Source: Candidatus Hodarchaeota archaeon
GTDB taxonomy: Archaea; Asgardarchaeota; Heimdallarchaeia; Hodarchaeales; Hodarchaeaceae
Assembly (NCBI GenBank): GCA_016839815.1
Contig: JAEOTM010000187.1
Coordinates: 1-64,000 of the forward strand
Length of the DNA stretch: 64,000 nt
Reading direction: 5' to 3'
Shown: piece after piece, positions 1-10,050 of the stretch
How positions within the stretch are numbered: the stretch's first letter is position 1
Layout: every line of letters starts with the position of its first letter
Program-made: the position numbers and the translations under genes
Notes under the pieces: generated by a model
Database searches by the model: none
Seen by the model: the letters and a program-made list of their open reading frames with translations, nothing else
Told to the model about the DNA's origin: nothing

Positions 1-1493
1 ATTGTCATTTCATTGTACTCCAATACATCCATAGCTGTAGGAGCACGAATTGCATCTCCAAACATAAGGACAGTACGAGGAGGCATCGCTCGTACGATAG
101 CACGCCATGCAGAGGGGTCTACTGGCCCTGTTAATGCGTTAATTATATCTTTAGGATCAGTTAATGAAAGGATAAAACGATTTGCGAGTTGTGATAATAT
201 TTCAGTGTCGATTTTTGATGGACGTTGATCCACCATAGCTAGTACTAGATTAAACTTTCGCATTTCTCTAGCCAATCTATCAAAAATCGTGAGATGAGAT
301 ATTTTTGGATCTAGAAACTTATGGGCTTCCTCAAGAAGAACCACCAGCCGAGGATACTCATTCATTTCAACCATTTCACTGTAATTTTTGTATAATCGTC
401 GAGAAATAATATTTGCCACAAAAATATATGCAAATGAGTCAGCTCCAAACTTTCCAAAATCAATTACAATATTTTGACCTGATTGAATATATTTGATGAT
501 ATTTTTTAAATTTCCTTCATCCGTACTAACTACAAATGACAAACGCTCGAGTCTCATTATTCGTCTACTTAACGCATTTAATGTTCCACGGGGAATATTA
601 GAAGGAGGAGGATCAGCTATTGCAGCTGTATTAATTCCCTCAATTAGTGACTGTTTACGAGACTTGGTTCTATTTATTTCATATATTGCATCAATCATGG
701 TTGGGGAAAGGTCCTGAAATGCTACAATTAGGTCTTCAGGTTCTATTTCGTTTTCACCAATAAGTAAATCTTCATCATGCTGTTTACTCGTTCCAGGGTC
801 TAGACTCAGTAATGTAACTCGTTCTTCAAAGAAGAACTTGAGACCAGGAGAGTTATCAGCCCGAGACCGCCATCCATACTCTGATTGCATGTCGAACACT
901 AAGACCTTTGACACGTCGGTTTTGATGATATTTCCAAGTATGATTTTGTTAAGAAAGGTTTTTCCAGAATGCGTTCTACCAAAAATTCCAAATGGTACTT
1001 CTACGAGTTTTTTGAAATCAATTGGTATCTCGAATCCTTCTACGCCTCGTAGAGTGCCAATAGACTCTGAATTTTCAGGTAAATCAGTTTGATAAACACG
1101 TTGAACATCTGATTCGTTAGCCAACCGACCTGTGGAGAAATAGGGGGGAAGAGTCTCGAATTCAGATGCTTTTCCAGTTTTTTGTTCTATCATTTGGACA
1201 CATTGCAATTCAGCAATACTGTAAAATGTACGTCCTTTAGAGGTATCGATAGTATTCATGGGTATAGTACTTCGCAATTTTTCGGCGTTTGCTAACATAG
1301 TAACAGCATTACTTGTTGGAAATTGTATGTCAGAAATTATGGAAAAAAAATCATATTTTTTCCCCTCAATAATTGCAGGAAATCCAATTTTCACTTCTTC
1401 ACTATCTGTCCGCAGTTTTAATTGTATTGATCCACTAACTGCACCCGAGATAACCTCACCAAGGTTAGTTCTTTTGTCAATTTCACGTGTCAA
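1..1493 (-). CDS. herA: HerA/FtsK-family ATPase (DNA end-resection helicase), partial, runs off the left edge
   Basis: Not in the ORF track; read manually on the minus strand. TTG start at 1493 after GAGGA, N-terminus MTREIDKRTNLGEVISG, Walker A GIFGRTHSGKT, Walker B VVLLEEAHKF, and LAREMRKF..MVDQRPS. Lies directly downstream of nurA. Confidence 0.88.
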   Translation of the reverse strand, partial: MTREIDKRTNLGEVISGAVSGSIQLKLRTDSEEVKIGFPAIIEGKKYDFFSIISDIQFPTSNAVTMLANAEKLRSTIPMNTIDTSKGRTFYSIAELQCVQMIEQKTGKASEFETLPPYFSTGRLANESDVQRVYQTDLPENSESIGTLRGVEGFEIPIDFKKLVEVPFGIFGRTHSGKTFLNKIILGNIIKTDVSKVLVFDMQSEYGWRSRADNSPGLKFFFEERVTLLSLDPGTSKQHDEDLLIGENEIEPEDLIVAFQDLSPTMIDAIYEINRTKSRKQSLIEGINTAAIADPPPSNIPRGTLNALSRRIMRLERLSFVVSTDEGNLKNIIKYIQSGQNIVIDFGKFGADSFAYIFVANIISRRLYKNYSEMVEMNEYPRLVVLLEEAHKFLDPKISHLTIFDRLAREMRKFNLVLAMVDQRPSKIDTEILSQLANRFILSLTDPKDIINALTGPVDPSAWRAIVRAMPPRTVLMFGDAIRAPTAMDVLEYNEMT

Positions 1494-1518
1494 ATTCAAT
1501 TCCTCAATATCTTAGCAA

Positions 1519-2562
1519 TCATCGTGTAGTATCATCTAGATACCGATGAAATGGGTCGCTTTCTACTTTTTCATGTGTAATTATATGTTGAAGTAGCTCG
1601 TCTTCCGTTAACCCAAGTTCCATTCCCGCTTCAACTAATTCATGATTGTACATATCTGGAACACGTCTGAGTAAGGCAGCAATTGTGTGAGCATCAACTA
1701 AGGGAAATGGATACCCAGGAAACGTATTTACTTGGGAATAATATGCAAGATGAGACATAATCGTCCCAATATCTTCATTTAATGGATTAAATACATCTAC
1801 TCTAAATGTCTTTACAGGTTTTTCGTGTAATTTTGCGAGGTAGGTCATGCCTATGGATGGAAATTTTTGTTTGGATTTTGGAATAGTAGGAATTTCCATG
1901 TACAACATTTTTTGATCATTTCGAGCAATTTCTCGCATAACAGCCTCATCAGTTAACTCAGAACCTAACCACCTAGTGATATTGCGCTTTGAAACTCCAA
2001 CAAGAATATTTCTGTTTTTCTTACAGGAGCTAATTATTTTTCTAATAGTATCTTCAAACTCTTTTATTTGAACGTAGGTAAGCGCTCCATCCATAACAAT
2101 CATAGTATCTATGTATTTACCTGATAAATCCTCCACCATCTTAAATTCAGACAGTGTGCGGAGTAATGAAAGCGTTTCATTGATTGGGGTCTTTCGGTGA
2201 AGAATTCTTTGAATTTCAAGATGTAATTTTTGAGTATCTTGATCATATTGAATGTTAGGAGTATCAGGTGCAATTAGTACTGCTTCATCCTTAGATCCTT
2301 GAGTTTCTATTTGGATAGGAGGATTAAGATCTTTGTCATACTTATAAACGACATAAGCTGAGCGAATAATTGCGATACGAGCATTTAAATCGGGATTATT
2401 CCAGATCCATCTACTAGAACCATCAATTGCAGCCATTTTAGGAGGAAAGGTCCCGTAATCAAATTTCTGTAAAGAAATCGGCTGTTCTCCTTCAACTTGT
2501 TTAATTGCTCTTCTTTGTGTCTTTTGGATCTGATTCAAGAAATTGCGAAACGATTCTTTCAA
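1519..2562 (-). CDS. nurA: NurA-family 5'-3' nuclease
   Basis: AAIDGSS, IVMDGAL, VGVSKR and GYPFPLVDAH motifs; adjacent to herA. Confidence 0.9.
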   Translation of the reverse strand: MKESFRNFLNQIQKTQRRAIKQVEGEQPISLQKFDYGTFPPKMAAIDGSSRWIWNNPDLNARIAIIRSAYVVYKYDKDLNPPIQIETQGSKDEAVLIAPDTPNIQYDQDTQKLHLEIQRILHRKTPINETLSLLRTLSEFKMVEDLSGKYIDTMIVMDGALTYVQIKEFEDTIRKIISSCKKNRNILVGVSKRNITRWLGSELTDEAVMREIARNDQKMLYMEIPTIPKSKQKFPSIGMTYLAKLHEKPVKTFRVDVFNPLNEDIGTIMSHLAYYSQVNTFPGYPFPLVDAHTIAALLRRVPDMYNHELVEAGMELGLTEDELLQHIITHEKVESDPFHRYLDDTTR

Positions 2563-2948
2563 TACATGCTACTCCTAACCCGATTTAAACCGACCTACTA
2601 ATAGATCAGCTGTGATCGAGCTTAATTCATAAATTGTTCTTATAAATCATTTAGTATACCATAATAAAAGTATTTGACAGAACGTTACTGGAGATGATGC
2701 GATAATCTCACTTGAATGAAGTTACATGCTTATGAAAATAGATGTGGTAATAAAACTAAACAATAATAGTAGATTTGGGGAGAATTACTGCGAATTCTAA
2801 TGGAAGAGTCGAAATGGGGAGTATTTGATCCTTATGTTAGACAAAATGTCTCTAACTATACAGTTGATACAGAATCTCCAAAAAAGCTTTTGATTTAGTA
2901 TCTAATTAGATGAATTGAGCTACTTCTTAATTTCTGGAGCAACTATTA

Positions 2949-4121
2949 GTGGTACAACCTCAATCAGCAATTGTGAAAAACTTCAGCTTACAATCGGAAT
3001 TAACCAAGGACCATTCATATACTAACGGACAAATTCTTAGTTCTATGAACTGTCAGGCCGAAGAAAGTGCAAGAAACGTTTTCATAGACAATCTTGAAAG
3101 TAATCTTGGAGATCCAGCGTTATTTCCAGGCACGGTGAATATTGAAGCTCATGTGGTAAGAATATTAGGTCAATTATTTGATCTACCAGAAACAGGAACA
3201 GGATTGGTTTTAACGGGAGGTTCCGAGGCTAATATCACCGCACTATGGGCAATTCGAAATAACATGAAGAAAGAACTGGATCTTCCCACATCAAAACCTA
3301 TGGAGCTTATAGCCCCAGAATCAGCCCATATCTCGATTGATAAGGCAGCAGATTTACTTGATCTGAAACTAATTTCCATTCCAGTGACAGATAGCTATCA
3401 ACTGGATATTAAAAAAGCTGAAGAAGCCATTAGCTCCCAAACAATAGGTATTGTTGGTGTAGCTGGTACAACCGCATTTGGAACTATCGATCCATTAAAT
3501 GAAGTAAATGAGCTCTGTCTCGAAAATAACTTACCTCTTCATATTGACGCAGCGTTTGGTGGAATGGTTTTTCCTTTTCTGGCAAATTCGGAAGATTATA
3601 ACCTCTCCTTTAAGCTAAAATCACTTGTTTCTCTGACTGTTGATATCCATAAGATGGGCCGTGTCAGTATTCCAGGTGGAGGATTGCTTTGGAGGGATAT
3701 ATCCTATTCTAAAGCAATCGAGTTTACCCTCCCATATCTTGCAGGAAAACCAAGGCAAAATACACTGACTGGAACCCGTTCAGGAGCTTCATCCATTGCT
3801 TTTGCCCACCTATGGGAAAAGAAGGGAAGAATAGGATTTCAGAACGAAGTGAACAGATGTGTTCACAATACAAAATTACTGGCGGATGAATTAAAATCAC
3901 GTGGCTTCCTAATCCCTATTGATCCAATTATAAACATTTTAGGGGTACAGATCCCGAAATCACTTATAATTAGTCAGGTAGAGTTTCATCAAACTCTTTG
4001 GGAGTATGGTTGGACTACATCCCTTGTGAATGGATCCTTAAGATTTGTTATTATGCCTGCTACTACTCGTGATCATCTCATAAATCTCTTAAAAATTATT
4101 GATCAAATAATAAGCAAATAA
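2949..4121 (+). CDS. mfnA: PLP-dependent group II decarboxylase (tyrosine/aspartate decarboxylase, MfnA-like)
   Basis: NLGDPALFPGT, TGGSEAN, HIDAAFGG, and VDIHKMG with the PLP lysine. Confidence 0.85.
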   Translation: MVQPQSAIVKNFSLQSELTKDHSYTNGQILSSMNCQAEESARNVFIDNLESNLGDPALFPGTVNIEAHVVRILGQLFDLPETGTGLVLTGGSEANITALWAIRNNMKKELDLPTSKPMELIAPESAHISIDKAADLLDLKLISIPVTDSYQLDIKKAEEAISSQTIGIVGVAGTTAFGTIDPLNEVNELCLENNLPLHIDAAFGGMVFPFLANSEDYNLSFKLKSLVSLTVDIHKMGRVSIPGGGLLWRDISYSKAIEFTLPYLAGKPRQNTLTGTRSGASSIAFAHLWEKKGRIGFQNEVNRCVHNTKLLADELKSRGFLIPIDPIINILGVQIPKSLIISQVEFHQTLWEYGWTTSLVNGSLRFVIMPATTRDHLINLLKIIDQIISK

Positions 4122-4263
4122 GGGTAACGTGAAGGGTATTTGTGTTGGAAAATGCCTTCTACAAATAAGTAGAACCTCAAGGAATCGAAAAGCTATTTGA
4201 AGATAGTAACGCAAATTAAGCAAATACCTAAATTCTACAACCGATTTGCGAAATTGACAAAGG

Positions 4264-5469
4264 ATGGTAGCCTTAGATTCACGAAAAAGAATGGAGAGAG
4301 AGTTTAAAAAAGGGAAGATGCCACTAGCTATTGATAAAACAGTGTACAAACGTTTTTCTGAGCGTGATATGATCTTTGCCCGGGTAATGTGGGATGAAAC
4401 ATATTCAGGCTACCGACGCGCGATCAATGAAAAAGAGGGTGCAAAAGTAGGGATGAAAGGTTATAGTCGGCAAGGTTATGCAGCAATGAATGCTGCATGG
4501 ATGGTACATGACACCTTTCGTCAAGCATTCTCATGGGAGAATCCTAAGCAACCTGTATCATCATTAACTCAATCTACAACGAAATTAAAGAAATTTGAAT
4601 CAGAGGATTTGGAAAAGAATTCGAAAATTGTCAAACGGATTGGGAACGTATTTGGGGCATGTGAAGTTGGAATAACTGAACTAGATCCAGATTATCCATA
4701 TTTGTATACTCACGATAGGCAAAATAATCCTATTGATTTTCCTGAGGGAGTAAAATATGCCATCGTAATGCTTATCCAGATGGACTATCATGCATTGAAA
4801 ACTTCCCCAGGTTTACCTGCAAGTATCACAACGGGGAATGGATACTCCCGTATGGCGTTTGCAATTGCTAGTATGGCTGATTTTTTGAGGAATCTTGGTT
4901 ATAAAGCAATCCCTGCAGGAAATGATACTGGTCTCTCTGTTCCCTTAGCTATCCAAGCAGGATTAGGACAAGTGGGAAGAAATGGATTAATTATTAACCC
5001 TAAGTACGGACAGGCTGTTCGAATTTGTAAGGTTTATACGGACTTCCCGTTGAAAATCGATCATCCTATAAATTTTGGAGTCCATCAATTCTGTCGTGTG
5101 TGTAAGAAGTGTGCACATTACTGTCCAAGTCAAAGTATCCCCTATGAAGATGATCCAACTTGGAAAAGCCAATGGAACTCTGTATCAAACAATGATGGCT
5201 CCTATAAGTATTATGTTAATGTTGAAACTTGCTATGAATTCTGGGTCAAGAATTCAACAGACTGTTCAAACTGCATGCGAGTTTGTCCATTTACCAAACC
5301 CCCTGGGTTTGCACATGATTTAGCCCGATTTTTTATTAAGTACTTTCCATTCTTGGATCCATTATGGTTGAAACTAGACAATTTAATGAGTTATTTTCCC
5401 TGGTGGCAGTATGGGAAAAAGATGGATACCGAGAAGTTTTGGAAGGGAAAAAAATACCTTGGGAAATGA
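4264..5469 (+). CDS. rdhA: Reductive dehalogenase-like cobalamin / 2x[4Fe-4S] protein (RdhA/QueG superfamily)
   Basis: FGACEVGI, LRNLGYKA, AGLGQVGRNG, CRVCKKCAHYCP, CSNCMRVCPF and a Trp-rich C-terminus; no Tat signal seen. Confidence 0.75.
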   Translation: MVALDSRKRMEREFKKGKMPLAIDKTVYKRFSERDMIFARVMWDETYSGYRRAINEKEGAKVGMKGYSRQGYAAMNAAWMVHDTFRQAFSWENPKQPVSSLTQSTTKLKKFESEDLEKNSKIVKRIGNVFGACEVGITELDPDYPYLYTHDRQNNPIDFPEGVKYAIVMLIQMDYHALKTSPGLPASITTGNGYSRMAFAIASMADFLRNLGYKAIPAGNDTGLSVPLAIQAGLGQVGRNGLIINPKYGQAVRICKVYTDFPLKIDHPINFGVHQFCRVCKKCAHYCPSQSIPYEDDPTWKSQWNSVSNNDGSYKYYVNVETCYEFWVKNSTDCSNCMRVCPFTKPPGFAHDLARFFIKYFPFLDPLWLKLDNLMSYFPWWQYGKKMDTEKFWKGKKYLGK

Positions 5470-5494
5470 TTATACCAATAAAGGTTAGAATAAA

Positions 5495-6484
5495 ATGAAA
5501 ATACTATTTTGTCACCGTGTATCCCCTGTATTGAGAGAACATTATCGATCATCATTACCAGAGAAGATTGAGCTAATATTTCCAGATGATTTATCTGATC
5601 CTAGCTTATTACGTAATTCTCCTGAAATCGACATAGCAGTTGGATATAAATTTTCAAAAGAGTTCCTAGATAGTGCAAAAAAACTTAGACACATACAGGT
5701 GCCATGGACAGGTGCAGAGACTCTAGATTTTGAATTACTCAAGCAATATCCAAAGATAACTGTATCTAATTCTCATTCCAACAGTTTAGCTATTGCTGAA
5801 CATGCTGTTGCCCTCTTTTTATCAGCTGCGAAGAAGATAGTTTACAGGGATGCAGCTATGCGCAACAATGATTGGTCAACTCGTTATAATGACGTAACCT
5901 CTCATTGGTTAGCAGGGAAAACTCTCGGAGTCATTGGATATGGGGCCATTGGCAGTAAGGTTGCTCGTATGATGAAACGAGGATTTGAGATGCAGGTTTA
6001 TGGGATCAAGAGAAATCCCACCTCTGTTTTGCCTGAAGATGTTGCCTTCATGGGAACACTCGAAGACATAGATTATGTATTAACAAATTCTGATTACATT
6101 TTAATTGCATTACCCCTAACCCCTGAAACAAAAGGATTGATACAAGAAAGAGAATTGACACTCCTGAAACCAAATGTTGTACTAGTGAATATTGGAAGGG
6201 GAGAAGTTATCAACGAACAACACTTGTATGAATTTATTAAGAAATCTAAATTAGCAGCTGTAGGGTTGGATGTTTGGTATAATTATCCGAAAGATCGGAA
6301 AAAACCTACGGTACAACAAAACTATCTTTTTGAAGAACTCCCGTATCTAGTAATGAGTCCACATTCTGCCTTTAAGGTAGAATCACGGGAAATACCATTT
6401 GCTGAGGATATTATTAGCAATTTGAATGCAATCTACAATCAGGAAGAACCGCAAAACCAAATAAACTTAACAAATGAGTACTAA
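5495..6484 (+). CDS. D-isomer-specific 2-hydroxyacid dehydrogenase
   Basis: GVIGYGAIG Rossmann motif, VNIGRG, LDVWY, SPHSA. Confidence 0.9.
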   Translation: MKILFCHRVSPVLREHYRSSLPEKIELIFPDDLSDPSLLRNSPEIDIAVGYKFSKEFLDSAKKLRHIQVPWTGAETLDFELLKQYPKITVSNSHSNSLAIAEHAVALFLSAAKKIVYRDAAMRNNDWSTRYNDVTSHWLAGKTLGVIGYGAIGSKVARMMKRGFEMQVYGIKRNPTSVLPEDVAFMGTLEDIDYVLTNSDYILIALPLTPETKGLIQERELTLLKPNVVLVNIGRGEVINEQHLYEFIKKSKLAAVGLDVWYNYPKDRKKPTVQQNYLFEELPYLVMSPHSAFKVESREIPFAEDIISNLNAIYNQEEPQNQINLTNEY

Positions 6485-6539
6485 CAAATAAGATGTTTAA
6501 CAGAAAAGAAAGAGAAAGTAGAAGGTGTGTTAAAACTTT

Positions 6540-7679
6540 TTAGATAGTTAAATTCTTTTCTGTTGTACCATCAAAGATGTGTATACGACTCATATCAAAA
6601 ACCAGCTCGACAGTAGTATCGACTCGGGCTTTTGTTCCAGTATTCACACGTGCATGGAAGTCAATTGTATCAGCTTCGACTGCTAGAAATATATCTGATC
6701 CATAATTTTCTCTAACCATTACTTTTACCGAGACAGTATTAGCAGGACTTGGGTTAAGATCGAATTCTCTATCTTCAATATCCTCTGGTCGAATACCCAA
6801 GATTAAATTATCAGGATCGGTTGTATTTTTCAAAACTTTTGTAATTATTGCTTCAGGTAACTCTAGATTAAATGCAGATGTCACAAATTTGCCTCCATCG
6901 AGTCTTCCCTGAATGAAGTTCATTGAAGGAGATCCAATAAATCCTGCAACAAATTTGTTAACTGGTTTATCATATACATCCTCTGGTGTTCCGATTTGCT
7001 GAAAGATTCCATCATTCATACACGCAATTCGATCACCTAAGGTCATGGCTTCAGCTTGATCATGGGTTACATAAATAGTGGTAACTCCAAGCTCGATCTG
7101 TAATCGCTTCAGTTCTGTTCGCATATGAGCCCGTAATTTTGCGTCAAGATTGGATAGGGGTTCATCCATTAAGAAAACCTTGGGTTCACGGACTATAGCT
7201 CTTCCCATGGCAACTCTCTGTTGTTGTCCTCCAGAAAGTTCTTTGGGCTTTCGCTCCAATAGATCAGGAATTTTTAAAATTTCTGCTGCTCTTTGAACTT
7301 TATCCTCAATCTCTTCTGCCTGTAATTTACGAGGAACTGCTTTAGGATCATCTTTATCCGCAAGAATCTTTCGTGCTTTCAATCCAAAACCAATATTATC
7401 CCGGACGTTCATGTGTGGATAAAGAGCATAATTTTGAAAGACCATGGCGATATCCCGATCCTTAGCCGGAACGGTGTTTACCACGTTCTCATCTATATAG
7501 ACTATTCCAGAGGTTACTTCCTCTAATCCAGCAACACATCGCATCGCTGTACTTTTTCCACAACCACTTGGTCCCACAAAGACAACCAATTCTTTATCAG
7601 CGATATCTATGTTGATATTATCTAATACTACTTTTTCACCAAATTGTTTTACTACATTTTTCATTTTTACTTGTGCCAT
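6540..7679 (-). CDS. Carbohydrate ABC transporter ATP-binding subunit (MalK/UgpC family)
   Basis: [42 protein letters not shown]-terminal TOBE domain. Confidence 0.95.
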   Translation of the reverse strand: MAQVKMKNVVKQFGEKVVLDNINIDIADKELVVFVGPSGCGKSTAMRCVAGLEEVTSGIVYIDENVVNTVPAKDRDIAMVFQNYALYPHMNVRDNIGFGLKARKILADKDDPKAVPRKLQAEEIEDKVQRAAEILKIPDLLERKPKELSGGQQQRVAMGRAIVREPKVFLMDEPLSNLDAKLRAHMRTELKRLQIELGVTTIYVTHDQAEAMTLGDRIACMNDGIFQQIGTPEDVYDKPVNKFVAGFIGSPSMNFIQGRLDGGKFVTSAFNLELPEAIITKVLKNTTDPDNLILGIRPEDIEDREFDLNPSPANTVSVKVMVRENYGSDIFLAVEADTIDFHARVNTGTKARVDTTVELVFDMSRIHIFDGTTEKNLTI

Positions 7680-7697
7680 AGAACCACCTTCTACTTT

Positions 7698-10046
7698 TTA
7701 TCCTTTCAATCCTTCTACAGACACACCTCGTTTGATGTAATCTTGTGCTAAAAATAAAATTATAAAAATAGGTATAACGATAATGGTAGCTAATGCTAAA
7801 ATGACCCCCACCTGCTCCTCAAGATGTGAATTAATATTGTACATTCCCAATGGCAGTGTACGTAATGATAAATACTCAGGACTAGCTTCTAGGAGTAATA
7901 AAGGCCACATAAACGAATTCCAATTCCCAATTATATTTATGATGAACATCACAGATAGAACAGGGATAGATAGTGGAAGAACAATTTTCCGAAATATTTG
8001 GAATTCAGAATAACCATCAATACGCGCTGCATCAAGATAATCATCAGGGATTCCTCGCATAAATTCCGTACATAAGAATATACTGAAAGGTTGGATTAAG
8101 AAGGGTAGAATTACTCCTAAAAGCGATCCTGGATGAGGACCTAGTCCTATCCTATCGAGCTCTAAGTATAAGGGTATTACTTGTACGTACGGTGGTACCA
8201 TTTGGATCGCGATCGTTAAAGTAAATAATAACCGTCTACCTACAAATTCTCTCTTTGCTAATACATATCCTGCCATCGCTGAAAATATTACAAGAAATAC
8301 AGTGACTACACCAGCAGCTATGACAGAATTAAATAACCATGTAACAACTCGATATTCCAGGTTAGCATATGTGGGCTGGTAAACTCCAAAAATCTGTGCG
8401 TAATTACGAGTTGTGAATGGATCAGGAAGCAATCCTTGCGATTGAAAATCGACTGTATTTTGTAAGTTCATTTGGATACTATTCTTTATCATCCAAACAA
8501 ATGGTACTATCATTATTATTGCAATAACAACTGCTAAAGCGTTTATGATAAGTGTTGAGGTTATGATTCTTGGACTTCGCCCTTTTCTGATCTGTAATAT
8601 ACCCCAATATATTGCTAAAAGGATAATTCCTCCTACCATAGCCATTAAGAACAGAGGTATAAGTGGAAAGAGAACTTTTAGTAGTGGATCCTTCTTCCAG
8701 TTTAAAGCATAGGGATCTCCGTATAAATCTATGAATGTATTGGGATCCAGATAGAGTGTAATGAATGCGGTCACTCCAGTGATGATAGTCAATGTAATGT
8801 AACTTCTGTACTGGACAACTCGAGTTTCACCTACTCTATATCTTTTATTGGAATCACTGGAATCAAGGACATAGAGCATCAACATGTACAGGATAAGAAT
8901 AACGAAATATGTGAATAATGTTAATATCATAGTAGGCTGAATTACTCCGATTATAGAATTATCCGAGATCTGAACAGGAAGTATCCCCCTGAAAATTTCA
9001 CGTGAAGCGTCTAGAAACACGTCAAAAGTATCTCGAAGAATAATGAGTGCATAATCAAAGAATGCAAAGGGTTCAAAGAAAATTATTACTAGCAGCCATG
9101 GAAAATTGATCACAACAAATACAGATTGACTGATTACACCTTGTATAATAATTGCATCTAATAGCGGTATTGAAAAGATAATTAGTAGAATAAGTAGTAA
9201 GAGTTTTACAGGAGAGAAAATTTCTCGTAATTTCTCTGTAAACACCTCTGAAACATCAGATTGGGTTACACTCGCATAAATTATAATCCAAAGTATTAAA
9301 ATGCCTATAAGTCCCACTATAAGAGCCACCATAATTAATGTGGGTTCTAGGTTAACCATTGTAGCAATTACATTAGTAAAATTAGAATCTATAACTGAAA
9401 TGAGAAGTATGAGAAGTGAGAATGCTAGAAGGATAGTTTTCTTCCATGGAAGTATCTCAAGAAGGGTTGTACCTTTTCTTGTGATGAGCTCTTCTTGGAT
9501 TTCAGTATATAGCCAGTAAATAAGGATTGGTATTAATAATCCAGCTCCCAACCATGTAAAATCAGTTGGGAATGGGATGAGTAAGAGAATGACAGCTAGT
9601 AATTTAGGGGTTAAATCAGATCTAATGGAAAAAGATTTGATATAGAAAAATGCTCTTACAATTAAGTAAATAATGATAAGAGGTGTTACTAAATAAATTC
9701 CTGCTAAAACATACCCCGTTTGACGAAATACAGCAAAGTCAAGAAGAAGCAGATTGTCGAAGTAAAAATCATACATCTCTTGCAGGAAGAGAATAAACCT
9801 TTCTATGCCAAGATTGGCGAGTTGAAATAGATTAGTTGTTATTGCGTCACCAATAGTTCGAAGTGCTGTTGTCCAATTATTAATTGAAGTTTCAAGGAGC
9901 TTATAAGAGTCATCCCGACTACTTGGGGAAATTGTAAGTCCTAAAGTGATAAGAAATAAGGAAGTAAGTATGGTTTTCCTATGTGACTCTAAAGTAACTA
10001 ACAATCTTGAGGGGGAATTTTGAGTTTCTTCTGTTCGTTCTTCCAT
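7698..10046 (-). CDS. Carbohydrate ABC permease (MalG-type) with a large N-terminal multi-TM extension
   Basis: C-terminal ~290 aa contain the EAA loop DYLDAARIDGYSEFQIFRKIVLP plus WNSFMWPL; ~490 extra hydrophobic N-terminal residues. Confidence 0.88.
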   Translation of the reverse strand: MEERTEETQNSPSRLLVTLESHRKTILTSLFLITLGLTISPSSRDDSYKLLETSINNWTTALRTIGDAITTNLFQLANLGIERFILFLQEMYDFYFDNLLLLDFAVFRQTGYVLAGIYLVTPLIIIYLIVRAFFYIKSFSIRSDLTPKLLAVILLLIPFPTDFTWLGAGLLIPILIYWLYTEIQEELITRKGTTLLEILPWKKTILLAFSLLILLISVIDSNFTNVIATMVNLEPTLIMVALIVGLIGILILWIIIYASVTQSDVSEVFTEKLREIFSPVKLLLLILLIIFSIPLLDAIIIQGVISQSVFVVINFPWLLVIIFFEPFAFFDYALIILRDTFDVFLDASREIFRGILPVQISDNSIIGVIQPTMILTLFTYFVILILYMLMLYVLDSSDSNKRYRVGETRVVQYRSYITLTIITGVTAFITLYLDPNTFIDLYGDPYALNWKKDPLLKVLFPLIPLFLMAMVGGIILLAIYWGILQIRKGRSPRIITSTLIINALAVVIAIIMIVPFVWMIKNSIQMNLQNTVDFQSQGLLPDPFTTRNYAQIFGVYQPTYANLEYRVVTWLFNSVIAAGVVTVFLVIFSAMAGYVLAKREFVGRRLLFTLTIAIQMVPPYVQVIPLYLELDRIGLGPHPGSLLGVILPFLIQPFSIFLCTEFMRGIPDDYLDAARIDGYSEFQIFRKIVLPLSIPVLSVMFIINIIGNWNSFMWPLLLLEASPEYLSLRTLPLGMYNINSHLEEQVGVILALATIIVIPIFIILFLAQDYIKRGVSVEGLKG

Positions 10047-10050
10047 ACGA

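Noticed and set aside
13-1515. Four short + strand ORFs (13..228, 493..717, 838..1092, 1258..1515)
   Set aside because: They are antisense shadows of the minus-strand herA frame, which has clear Walker motifs.
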